DNA of 52,085 nt, the filler included, from Jimgerdemannia flammicorona (taxonomy: Eukaryota), in NCBI GenBank assembly GCA_003990765.1. It is 2 parts of 2 records of this genome, joined end to end, with 100 filler letters (N's around TTAATTAATTAA, not from the genome) between each part and the next. Parts side by side here need not be neighbours in the genome. Positions count along the whole stretch, not along the records: positions 26,094 to 52,085 come from RBNJ01000769.1; 1 more part is not named here. One strand, written 5' to 3'. The notes beneath the pieces were generated by a model. That model ran no database searches and was not told the DNA's origin. It worked only from the letters and a program-made list of their open reading frames with translations. The position numbers and the translations under genes were made by a program. This document shows, piece by piece, positions 38,181-50,228 of the stretch; positions within the stretch are counted from its first letter, which is position 1; every line of letters starts with the position of its first letter.

Positions 38181-38626
38181 ATATATAGTATTAGAATAAT
38201 ATTTGTCTTAGCTATTTTTTATTAGAAAATACTAGAGTTCTGGAAGAATGGGGGACAGGGAGTTGATTTATTTGATACTCTAATAATGCATTTTTACATA
38301 TTGCAGAAGTTATTGAAGATGTGGAAATTGATGTCGTCACCGTCGATTACGTCCATATCTAAGCAAGCCACTCCGTTACTCGAGTTGTCAAAGAGGTTGA
38401 CTTCAGAGTAAGGTTCTACAGCCGACAATCGGAGATTGCGTAATTTGATGACGGCATCCGATAATTTCCCACCGGCCAACCGGCCTTCCGGCCCGACGAC
38501 TTATTCCTCACCCGTAGACCGTTACCGATCGCTATATTAACCCTGCTGAACCCGACCCCTTGCCAACTTCAGAAAATATACCAATAGTGGAGAGTTAACT
38601 AGTTACACACCATCATTTGCCAAAAA

Positions 38627-40480
38627 ATGTACACAATCAACCCCGCAGAACAACCCATACTCACCGCTCACCGCGACAGCAATCGTCCTCCTCAGTTACC
38701 TCCTTATCCGCGCAACATCAAATCGCAAGCCCAAGCTGATCATCCAGCCCTGGAACAACAGACCCATTATTAGCATCAAGGAAATGATTTACCCGCGATC
38801 CGTGGATGAAGCTCGTCACCATCGCTCAGGACCTTCGCAATTACCCTCTCTGCGCCATCCCCGGCCTCTTCGGCAGAGCGCCAAACCTGGTCATCAATGA
38901 TGTTGACATGATGAAGGAAGTTTTTATCCAAGGACAGTCATATGGCCATGGCGAACAAAAAATGACGAGATCTAGAAACGTAACCAACCGGAGCTACTAC
39001 TTCTTTGGAGGAAGAAACATCAACTCAACCGGTCACGTAAGTCATTAGGTTAGTTTTTGGATTTTGAGCTGGATTTCGGGAATTGTTAATGTTCATTCAT
39101 TTAACTATTGAACATTTGACGCTTCCCTCCGCCGACTGCGCACAGGAATGGAAATGGCGTCGCCAAGCCTATTCGCCATCCTTCCAGCCGAGAGTTCTCG
39201 TTCCAGCCTTGCTTCCTTATGCCATCGAACGCGTCAAAAAACTCAACGAAGAGCTTGCCAAATTCTCAGCCACAGGAGACGCCGTGGAGTTGGATGGCAG
39301 GATGAGCGACGTTACGTCCGACATTATTTGCAAATACTGCTTCGGTTATGCCGAGGAACTCGATTTCCAAGACGTCAACGGCAGGGAAAACCTCAAGGTA
39401 GGAAAATCAGCCTTCATCTTTCGCATGCGTGTCTTTCAATTGGATTCAGAACCATTCCGACCTTTTAAAATTGGAAATGTCATGAACGAATCTCGCAGAA
39501 TGACTTTGCCGCCCTCTTCAAAAACGTCACCTCCATCTACTACCGCATTCCCATTATCAAGCACACCGAATGGGGTCAGCGTCACTACAAGCCCGCCCGC
39601 GAGCGCCTTGATGCCTTTATCAATCGTGCCATTAAAAAATCCCTCGCCCAGCCCGACCTCTTCCTCGACAGCGATGCCGATAAGCCTCTAATTCACGAGC
39701 TTGCCAAGAATACCAACTTCGAGGAGGGCACCGATCATAGCCTGGGCAGGGAGGTTCTTACAGTAATCTTTGGGGGACATGACACTACCTCGCATACAGC
39801 TTCGTTCGCATTCGGTGCTATCGCCCAGCATTCTGAGGTCCAGCAGCGCCTTTTTGAAGAGATCAGGCGATCGATGTCGGTGAGATGACGGCCGAGTCGT
39901 TAGGAAGTATGAAGTATACGACTGCAGTAATTAAGGAGGTCATGAGGGTGTATCCGACCGTCAATATCTCGTATGTCGAGGCTCTCAAGGATACCAAATG
40001 GCCGTCCCAGCTGGTACGTTACACTCCCCCGCTCTCTTGTAGGTATATACAATATCGCATTGAGCGTGACTTTACAATCGCCAATCCCGTTCCAACTATT
40101 TGCCACCTTATCACACTACAGGAACCCTCATAATCGGCAGCATCCGCGGCGCCCAGATGAACCCCAACCTCTTCTCGAACCCTGAAAAGTTTGACCCGAC
40201 ACGCTGGCTCGAACACGCCGACGCCGACGCCGACGCCGACGCCTTCCAGGATGTCGACCACACTGCGACCAAATCCTCCAAACCTGAGCTCGCCTTCGGC
40301 CTCGGTCCGCATGCCTGCCTCCGCCGTAATCTCGCCTGGCTCGAGCTCCGCATTTTGATCGCCACAATCGTGAACAAGTTCGAGCTCAAGTTCAAGGAGG
40401 GAACCACACTCGATACTTATACAAATTTGACCATGTCTCCCAAGGATGGTGTGTGGGTCACGTTGAAGGAACGTGTTTAA
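38627..40480 (+). pseudogene. Cytochrome P450, four exons, frameshifted
   Basis: N-terminal hydrophobic anchor, I-helix GGHDTTS, ExxR (EVMR), FDPTRW and heme motif FGLGPHACLR. Introns 39037-39145, 39398-39498 and 40014-40121. Apparent frameshifts near 38665, 38790, 39866 and 40000. Confidence 0.88.
40217..40243 (+). repeat. (GCCGAC)4.5 microsatellite encoding an Ala-Asp run in the P450
   Basis: Read directly. Confidence 0.9.
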
Positions 40481-40639
40481 ACCTGTTGAGATTTGAGATT
40501 TGCAACCCGATCATCTTCAGTGACTTATGTTTTGCATAGACATCATCAGGTAGATGTCGTCAATTAGTGTGTCATCAATTGGAATGCATAAAAGCATGTA
40601 ACTTAGATATCAATAAAGCTTGCTCTCTTTTCTCCAGTA

Positions 40640-41906
40640 TTTCTCAGTTATTCTCAACAAAAATGAGCCCTGCTAACATCTGTCATTAAGATAATAAGAT
40701 AATAAGAAATATATGTCTTCAACATAAACATCAGATATGAGTGCACTTAGTATAAGTAGTGCAGATATATCCAGAATAGTAACAATAATCTGATAATAAT
40801 GATAATTATGACTACAGCAATTTCTGCTAGATATTCTACTATTTACTAAAAGGAATATATTAATTATTAAATTATCTAATATTGAGTTATATAAAAATGA
40901 GAATATATTCTCTATAATAATATATAGAAGTAAAATTAGAGTACTTTTATTAGTATAATTACTTCTGATAAGATATATATTATAATATATCAAGGTGCTA
41001 TAAATCAAGGACTGAAACAATGATACTAAGTTCAATTTAATCCTTTTTAGCAATGAGGCAATGTGATCATCAAATAGTACTATTTGAAGATCTCACTCAA
41101 ATTGTCATCTTAAGTTATAAATCTCTATATCTTTAGATAAATATTAGACTGATAGAAAACTTTTTATTATTAATTAAAGTTCTTCAAGATATCTTTAGAT
41201 CTAATATTTACTATAATAGTCTCTATTTATTATATAATTATCAAATAACCCATTACTCTACTCTTATTCTCTAACTCAAGACTTAAATTTTTCATATTAT
41301 TGAGATAATCTACTATTATCTAAATACTGCTAAGTATCTCAACTTTTATAGAGAAGATCTGGGCTACTTAATTATTATAATACTATAGTATATAAGCTCA
41401 AAGTAATTACAACTTATTTTATTCTTTGATATAACTATGAGATCAGCTACTGCCTCTATAATAAATCAATAATGATGACTAAGAAGATCTTATTAAAGAA
41501 TAATTAATTATAGAAAGTCAAACTGCAAAAAACTTTTATATTTAGCAGATATTCTATTATATACTCTGAACTATTATTTATTTTAATAAAGTAATCTTCA
41601 AAGATATTATTGACTTATCAGTAGAAGACTATAATTGATTTAAAGTCAAAGTTGTAAATTATATTTAAAATAACTAAGTAACTATTAAAATAAAAGATAC
41701 TGAACCCACATTGTCCAGATATTACTCTCTATCTTCTGAGATAATTATTAAGACTATCTTATAGATATTATAGAAATCTTAAAGAACTACTTATTATTAT
41801 TAAAGTAGCTAAAGATATATACTATATATCTAAGCAACTTGTCATTCTGTTAATTACTCTAGCTATCATATTATATAGAAACTTAACTAATAAGTATCTA
41901 ATATCT
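40640..41906. mobile_element. AT-rich decayed TE relic (possible pol remnant) into which element E inserted
   Basis: Composition and TpA excess resemble element D. Only faint RNase H-like fragments are visible. Confidence 0.4.
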
Positions 41907-41910
41907 ATAT

Positions 41911-43221
41911 TGTAACAAACCACAAAACGTAGTAATCTCAAAATCCAACCAGGTGATATGAACATTAGCCTAGCATAGCAACCAGCAACTATTGCTGTGG
42001 AAAATGTATAAATAACTCAGATAGCTAAAAGGAAACACCCTGACAGTGGCTATCACCCTGACAGTGGCTGTTACCCTGACAGTGGCTGTCACTCTGAGAG
42101 TGGATGTCACCTCATAAATAGTATTCTATAGTTAGCCAGATAGCAACCAGATAGCAACCACAATGCATAAATTATCCCAAAGACAAAAGTGAATAAACCT
42201 CAGTTCGAAAGTTGAATACAAACCAAAGCAAAAGTCAATTGTCTGGTACACTTAGGAGAAATGCCTGCCAAAAGCCACTTGATCCAGGAAGAATTGTAAC
42301 ACTTAGGAGATATGCCTGCCAATGAGCCACTGCCAAGAAGTTGTGAGCTTGGTTCTCTTCTCTTCCACTCTGGTCCACTTTCTGATACAAAGAATGAGTT
42401 TGTTTTGGTTCACTTGCCAGATAAGCCTGAAGTTTGCTGCCTAAGTTCAAGAAAGAACTTCGCTGCCATTTCCCAGTTGAAGCCACCAATTCAGGAAGAA
42501 TCTGTGCCATCCGAGTTATTTCCCAGAAGCCCACCGATTCCGGAGAATCCATGTCATCTGCCATTTTTAAGTTATCTGTATTCCCAGAAGAGCCCAACTC
42601 AGAAGAACTCGTGCCATCCGAGTATTATTCCCAGAGAGACCGAGTCATCCGTGACATCCAAGTTATTTATTATTCCCAGTGAGCCCAAGAAGAACCCACT
42701 GCCAGTATAATTCTCAGTAAGAAGAACCTACACTGTCCTCCATTCCCAGTGAGCCAAATCGAGTTATCTGCTAAATTATTAGAATGCCCCGCATAAGGAA
42801 CCCATCACACACACAAGGAGATTGTCATGCTATACAGAAATCGCCCGCCACCCAAGAAGGAAACCACTAAATTGCCAGATCGTCACAAATATGAAACTCG
42901 CGCTATACAAGAGATTGTCACGCCAGAAATCACATACTTTTGAAGATTGCCTCGCTATACAAAATTGTGGCATTCTCAGTTGACCCAAGAAGGAAAAGAT
43001 GTACAAATCGTCACTATACTCAGAGAATCATCCTAATTAGGAAATCAACATACAGATCACTTGTGGATATTCAGCTTTTGACTATTATACTACTAAACAC
43101 CAAGGACCTCAGGAATCTTAGAATATTTTGTTGCTTTTTTGACAAAGTAACTGGGGGCTCAAGCCAAACTACATCAACCCCCAACCTTGAAATTTGCCTC
43201 CATTGAGCCAGGCACATTATA
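41911..43221 (+). repeat. Element E 5' LTR
   Basis: Direct repeat of 50771-52053. Confidence 0.95.
42036..42107 (+). repeat. 4 x 18-bp palindromic tandem array (CACCCTGACAGTGGCTGT); 5 units at 50896-50985
   Basis: Read directly. Adjacent units form TGACAG-TGG-CTGTCA palindromes. Confidence 0.92.
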
Positions 43222-43223
43222 TT

Positions 43224-43240
43224 TGGGGGCTCAACTGGAA
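43224..43240 (+). promoter_or_regulatory. Primer-binding site, tRNA-Pro-like
   Basis: TGGGGGCTCAACTGGAA 2 nt after the LTR. TGGGGGCTC matches the complement of the tRNA-Pro 3' end. Confidence 0.75.
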
Positions 43241-43778
43241 AGATTTCAAATTGACGTGACTTTCCAGCTCACAAGAATCCACAGTCAAACTGGATACATT
43301 CGATACAACACCAACCTCTGCCACTACAAGAGAACCAGTTATCACCAGCATTTGGACAGGAAGAGAAGTAATCACATCAAGACTTGCCAACTACCCAGCA
43401 TCAGAAGGATCCCAATCAGAACCAGAAGGCAGTACAGCCCGAAATCCCCAACCAGATCAACCAGACAATTTAGGCAGTTCTGCTAGAAACTTTGAAGAAC
43501 TTGCACAAGAACTAGAAGATCTTATCACACAGACCCGAGACCTCACAGCCAGACACCCCACACCAGTTCCACCAATCTCACCAATAGAACCTTTACCACA
43601 ACCTCTTGCAGAGTTAGAAGTAGCTCCTACAAAAATACCTAGGCTTATTCCACTTTGTCCAAGGTCCAGAACACCATCCTCAAGATATCCAAGCACCTCT
43701 ATCTCCAGTGATAGTTCAGAAAGCGAATCAGAATCAGGATCTGAACCCGAACCAGAATCAGAAGAAAGTGATGATGAA

Positions 43779-46700
43779 ATGGCCACCTCATTGCCAACCT
43801 TTGCAGGATACCTGGAAGAAGACCCCAGAGAGTTCCTTGATGGAATTGAAGGAATCGCAGCCTTGAGGAATCTCTCAGATGAAAGAAAAATTGCCATTTA
43901 CAAGACTTAGCTCAGGGAACCAGCCTGAGGAATTTTCCACTGAATAGCAAACAACCCAGATTCAGAACTCACAAGACAGATATAAGTAGCAATGTCTTAT
44001 GAGCTAGAATATGAGGCCATGGTCCACTGGCTCATTGAAAAGTGTGCAGGAAATGAAACCCACTACAAGGCTCAGGAATCCATCATGGGGATGAAGATGA
44101 ATCTTGGAGAATCACCCAGAGTCTTCTTCACAAGAATCCAGAAGAGGATGCATACTGCTGGGTTCAATGCCACCAATCAGGACATTATCGGTCCAATGAT
44201 CTTCATGAATGGAATTCCCCCAAACATTGCCCAGCATGTCTGCACCCTAGGCATTAGAAGGTCTGAAGAGTAAGTAGATGCAGCCCAAGGATTCTTTGAT
44301 GTCAGACAAGAAACTACCTGGAGCGATCATGACAGAAAAGAAGAAAAAGAAGACATTCTGGTCAAAGCTCTACAAGGACTCCTTCAAGGACAAGAAAGAT
44401 CCAAAGAAAGAAGGCCAGCCAAGGAAGAAAAGAAGGACAGAAATGAAATCCAAGACCTCAGCTCCAAGTTGGACCAATTGGTTGGACAGATTGAAAAACT
44501 CACTATATGCAAAAATTGGAGCTACCAAGACAATAGAGGATACCTACCACAGAGGAGCCAAGGTTATCCACCCAGAGATAACAGGGGTTATCAGCAAGAA
44601 GAAATAAGATATCCTGTCCAAGACAGAGCCCAAGTCCAATGCTTCCACTGTGGACAATTTGGACACTATGCCACTGAATGTGACAACAAAAGAAGTGACT
44701 GAAGGGACTCAGAACCACCAAACTGAAGGAATGATACTCAGTACAAGAAGACTGAAGCCCATCCTGTAGAAGATTTTGAGGAAGCAAGTAACAGCGAAGA
44801 CTATAGTGACCTAGACTTGTACCCTACCAAGGTCACCTTCTGAAAAACAGTTTACCCAGCAGAGAAAAGGAAGAGACCTGTGGGAAGGCCATCCAGGAAC
44901 ATCAGCAGAAGAATTATTCAAGAGGAGGATGAAGAACATGAAGAGGAGCAGGTAGAAATACCCCACCGAACCCCCTCACCTTTTGTTCCCAAGACAAATG
45001 AGTTACCACCAGAAGATGAAGAAATGGAACAAGAAGAATGGGAACCTGCTGCTCCAAAGTCCAAAAAGAAGTACACTCCAAAGACCATGCCTAGAGACAT
45101 TTACAATGAAGCCTGGCAGAAGATTCAAGAGGCCAAGATGGAAGTTCCCCTCCTGCAGTTCCTGTAACTGACACCAGCTGGAGTCCAAAACAAATTGCTG
45201 AGAACCACCAGGTCTAGCACTGGCCAAGTCCCAATCCCACAGCAAGAATCAGTTCCCATCCCTGTTCAGGCAGCTGAAAGACATGTCAGCATCTACCTAT
45301 ATGGAGATATTGGAGGACAAAAGGCGAAGATCCTCATAGACACAGGAGCAGCTATCTGTGTTATTGCCAAACAGTTCCTGGACACCCTTCAATGGCACAT
45401 TGATAGACCATCCAACCTCAGCATCATAGTAGCAGATGGAGCCTGAACTCAACCTCTTGGAGAAGTATGAAATATCACCATCTCCCTTGGACACATTCAG
45501 TTCTCCATCCCTAAAGCTGTTGTCACTGAAGCTGTCACCTATGACATAATTCTTGGCACCAACTGGATGAAAGAAATGAATGCAGTTGTTGACATTGGCC
45601 AACAAGTACTTAAGTTCAATTACCGAGGCAAGAAATATAGAGTTAAGGTGACCAGCTATGAGCAATCAAAGAAGAAGAAGAAGGTCACTATTCAGGAAGA
45701 ATATACCTGCAGTAAAGAATCTACCACAGAAGAAGAGGAAGAATCTGAAGATGGAAATGATCCCAGACTCAATCTCCGAATTAACCTGGTGGATGACAGA
45801 CCAGAAGACAATGTGTGGGCTAAGAACACCATCCCCATCACCATTGGAGCTATTGCAGGAGAAGCCAAAGGATGCCCTATCTGCCTCAAGAGATACAAGT
45901 GTCCTGAGCACTCCTCCAAGATCATGGGAACAAGGAAATCGCCTGGCACAGCCTGCCCAGAGTGCAGAAGGAAGAAGAGGAAATGCAGACATGTTCCAGA
46001 AACACCTGCAACCGAAGCTGCGGAAGTATAAGCAATTTGGTATCAAGAATCATCTGAGGAAGAAGAAACTTCTGATCAAGAAGTCTCTGAACAAGAAGCA
46101 CCTGAAGAAGAAGAAGTTCCTGAACTCATTTCCTGGGATAATCCTCATTGGACACCACCTGAGGACAATGACCCTTGGAACATGGAAGAAGGACCTAGTA
46201 CAATCACTATTATCTCAAAGAAAGAAACTCACCAAGAGAAGGCTTTTTGGCTTGGAAGGTATCCACACCAAATGGTCTTCCACTCTCCCCGAGACTACTG
46301 CTATCAGTGTCATCTGTTGGATCAACAAGAAAGATAGAGACCCCAGAGACCAGAACTCCCAACTACACTTGCACAGTCAACCACCTTTCAAGAAGTTACT
46401 ACAAGATTACAAAGTTGATTTAGAGGACAAGGCTTCTTCACCCGAACAGAAATATACCCCTTGTCTACCCTTCCCCCAACTTATGATCAAGATGGGTACC
46501 GATTCCCAAGGCAACAAGAGATCAATAGCCAGGAACACCATTTCTGAGCAATGGGATATTGCAACCATGGGAGACACTCTGACTGCCAAGACTGCAGATA
46601 TCAGAAGATTCACCTTAGTCATGATGTTGCAGTCCATACTTTAAAGAGAGGAGACAACAAAGGCCAGATCCAAAAAAGCCAAACCAGGAAGCCAGAAAGA

Positions 46701-47755
46701 AGAGTCCTTAAGATCTATAATTTGGGAGAAGACATCCTAGCTCTCATCAGACATGCAACCTACCAAGGATGTGCAGAAGATACCACCAACTTTATAGAAG
46801 CCCTAGACCCTACAGGAAGAAGGGGAATCAACTATCTCCAAGACCCCTCTACTGGAGCCAGATGGCCACACCTCAACCTCAGAGCCTGAGACTCTCTACT
46901 AGTAGAGCCTCAGCTCTAGGATAGCCCAAACTCAGCAAGGATATTGCCCAGTATGCTCTGCTATATCCCAAGGCCAAACCCCCGACCAAAGCTCACCCAG
47001 AAGATGTAGGGTATGATCTTTACAGTCTGGAGGATGAATCTATCAAACCTGGAAAGACCTTCATGATCAGAACTGGATTAGCCATGCAGCCACCTCAGGT
47101 CCAACTGACCTCAAGGTCTGGACTTTCCAGACAAGGAATAACTGTGGAAGGAGGAACCATTGACCCAGGATACATAGGTGAGATCAAGGTCATCCTATAC
47201 AACAGCAGTACAAAATGACACCAAATCATTAGAGGACAGAAAATTGCCCAAGCAGTCTTCATGAAGATCAAAACTCCACGATTGGAAGAAGTCTCTGAAC
47301 TAGTTGAAGGAACAAGACAAGCTAAAGGATTTGGAAGTTCAGACAGAAAGGAAGTATATCTCCTTCAAGTCAACTACCTCAAAAGGAATATTCCCCAGCA
47401 AGTATACTGGCAACCAGTCAGATTGCACAAGAATCTTATCCTGGAGCCTGGAGAACAAACTACCTTCGAAATCTTTGCACCACCCGACCCCAGGAATCTT
47501 TTCTTTGAATCCAAGGAAGATATCCCACACCTGGATATAGAAGGACACACATTCCCTAACAAGATGAACCCAGTACACTCCCAAGCAACCAACCAAAGTT
47601 GGGAGACCATCATCCTGCTGAAAGGAGCCATCATAGGACATCTGGTACCTTTTCTCAACCGAACTCATAGAGAAGTTTATGAACTAAACCTATCGGGAAA
47701 TGGCAAAAGGTCTCAGAAGAAAGGAAAGGCCCCTCTGCGACCCAGGAGACAGTGA
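43779..47755 (+). pseudogene. Element E ORF1: gag - protease - Cys/His-rich insert - dUTPase - dUTPase-like remnant
   Basis: In-frame segments start at 43992, 44469, 44880, 45195, 45567 and 46551. CFHCGQFGHYATEC, DTGA and DVGYDLY motifs. One 1-bp deletion near 46888 relative to C. Confidence 0.9.
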
Positions 47756-49167
47756 AGCCTTCCACCAACATTGGAGAAAAATTGACACCTCAACAACAAC
47801 AACAACTAGCAGAACTTCTCAACAAATATCAAGATATCTTCACCACTGATTATGGCAACCTGCTATACAATCCATCATATCACTATAGCATAAATACAGA
47901 AAATGCAACACCCATTTGGCAGAAACCCTATAGAATACCCCACCACTTAAAAACATTCGAAAGGGAGCACATTCAAGAACTCTTAGACAATGGGGTCATC
48001 TGACCCTCTACCAGCCCCTGGGCCCGCCCTATACTTATTGTACCAAAGAAAGGAGGATGGAGACTTTGCATGGATTACAGGAAACTCAATTTAGTCATCA
48101 AAAAGGATGCCTATCCTCAGCCCAGAATCAATGACCTCTTGGATCAGTTATAAGATGCCAGATACTTCAGCAGTATAGACCTCTTTGCAGGATTCCATGA
48201 GATCTCCATGGACCCCAAGGACATTCAAAAGACAGCCTTTCTTACTCTAGGAAAACTGTTTGAATACCTCCAAATGCCCTTTGGACTCTGCAATGCACCC
48301 CCCACCTTTCAGAGGATGATGAATTCAGTCTATGCCCCCTTGATCCACCACTACCTAATTGTATACATGGATGATTCCAACATCTATTCAGCAAATTTCG
48401 AAGAACACCTGTACTACCTAGAGGAATTCTTCAAGCTCACCCACAAGAACCACTTGAGGCTGAATGCAAAGAAATGCTACTTTGGGAAACAGAAACTCGA
48501 ATTCCTTAGATTCATAGTTTCAAAAGAAGGAACCCATGCAGACCCAAAGAAAACCAAGAAGATCAACAATTGGCCAGTACTCAAAACTCTGAAGGAAACA
48601 CTATCATTCCTGATGCTAGTATTCTACTACAGAAGGTTTATCAAAGATTTTGCCCAAATCGCTGCCCCAATCCGAATCCTTCTCAAGAAAGAAGTACTAT
48701 TCAAATGGACAGAAATACAAGAAAAAGCCTTCAGAGAACTCAAGAACCACATGACTATGGCACTGATCCTTGTGCACCCCAATCTATAGAAGCCATTCAT
48801 CTTGTATACAGATGCTTCTAAAGAAGGCCTTGGGGCAGTTCTGGCCCAAGAAGGACCCAATTGACAGTACCATGTGATAGCTTATGCAAGCAGAGCTATC
48901 AATCAGCAGCAGATGAACTATGGTAGCACCAAACTGGAATGTCTTGCAGTCATATAGGCAGTCACCCTGTTTAAGCATTATCTCATTGGAAAAAGGTTCA
49001 CCCTGATCACAGATCATGCAGCCCTCAAATGGCTATTCAACCGCAAGGAACCCACTGGAATTCTAGCCTGCTGGATTCTTATTCTTCAGGATTACAAAAT
49101 CACCATCATCCACAAAGCAGGGAAAGCCCACAATAATGTTGATGCACTTTCCCACCAGCCCCAATGA
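47695..49167 (+). pseudogene. Element E RT-RNase H, in the -1 frame relative to ORF1
   Basis: QKPYRIP, MPFGLCNAPPTFQ, YMDD, YTDASKEGLGAVL, NVDALS, then stop TGA at 49165-49167. Confidence 0.92.
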
Positions 49168-50228
49168 ACTAGAAGAAGGGTGTCCCGAGGAACTATACTC
49201 TAAAGGAAGCTCCTCAGACTATCAAGAAACAAGAAGATCTCATCCAACAAGAACATCAGAAAGCCCACCAAGGACAGACAAACACAGAAGACAAGATTTG
49301 AAAACAATATCAACATTGGCCCCACCTCAGAACCCAAGTCTGAGACATCATCCAGAAATGTGACACCTGCCAGAAGTACCAAGGAAAGAAGAACTATCAA
49401 GCCCCTCTGCAACTGATTCCCCCACCCACTCACATCTTTCAAAGATAGAGAGTAGACATAATTGGACCTCTACTAGTTACATCAAGAAGAAACAAATACA
49501 TCCTTGTATTTGTAGAACATCTGACCAAGTGGCCTGAGGCTTTCCCAATGGAAATCACAGATGCCTTAACCATTGTAGGCCTTCTCTATAGACTCACACT
49601 CAGATATGGATCCCCAGAAGAACTTATCTCTGACTGAGGCACAGAATTCATCAACAACATAATTACAAGTTATGCTCGAATTCACAAGATCCACCTCAAA
49701 CAAACCACATAATACCACCTTCAGACCAATGGCATGACAGAAAGAATGAATCAGACCATCAAGAAAGGACTTGTCCAAGTTGATCCTATCAATTGGGACC
49801 TCTGCTTACCTGAGATCCTGTGGGAAATTCAAAACACCCCTGCTGCTTCTACTAAACAAAAGTCATTCGAAATGATGTTTGCCAAGAAAATCAGAACTGC
49901 TGACCATGAGAACCTCAGAAAGCTTCTTAAAAAAGGAGATCAGCTGTGAAATGAAGCCCGAATTCAGATTATCAAGGCCCAGAAAAGACAAAAGAAGTAT
50001 TACAACCAGAAACAGAAGAATCAGAAGATCAAGATTGGCAATCAAGTCCTGGTTTGAAGAAGTATGATAGAAACAAACTTTGCTACTAAACTGGAACTGA
50101 AATGGGAAAGACTATACCTTGTACACAACATCAGAGGAACTAGCATCAATATAAGAAGCATGGATGGACATGTCTTGAGAACTCCAGTCCACATCAATTG
50201 CCTCAAGATATACCTGCACAAACCATGA
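49164..50228 (+). pseudogene. Element E integrase (HHCC, DDE core, C-terminal SH3-like part), in its own frame
   Basis: EHQKAHQG...CDTC, VDIIGPL, ELISD*GTEF, NGMTERMNQTIK and VHINCLKIY. ATG 49164 overlaps the RT-RH stop. Confidence 0.9.

Noticed and set aside
38294..38479. Short minus-strand ORF upstream of the P450 with a faint WD40-like look
   Set aside because: Too short and without a continuing exon to support a call.
42036..42107. 18-bp arrays as CRISPR-like repeats
   Set aside because: The units are head-to-tail with no unique spacers, lie inside eukaryotic LTRs, and no cas genes are present.
42312..42710. ORFs within the family-2 LTRs (also 31211-31707 and 51139-51588)
   Set aside because: Several overlapping frames are open over degenerate internal repeats, with no consistent start or frame between C and E. 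Coding is unsupported, though not excluded.
45658..46644. 328-aa alternative-frame ORF overlapping E ORF1
   Set aside because: The corresponding frame is interrupted in C, and the conserved Cys/His motifs lie in the main frame. It is probably open because of T-poor composition.
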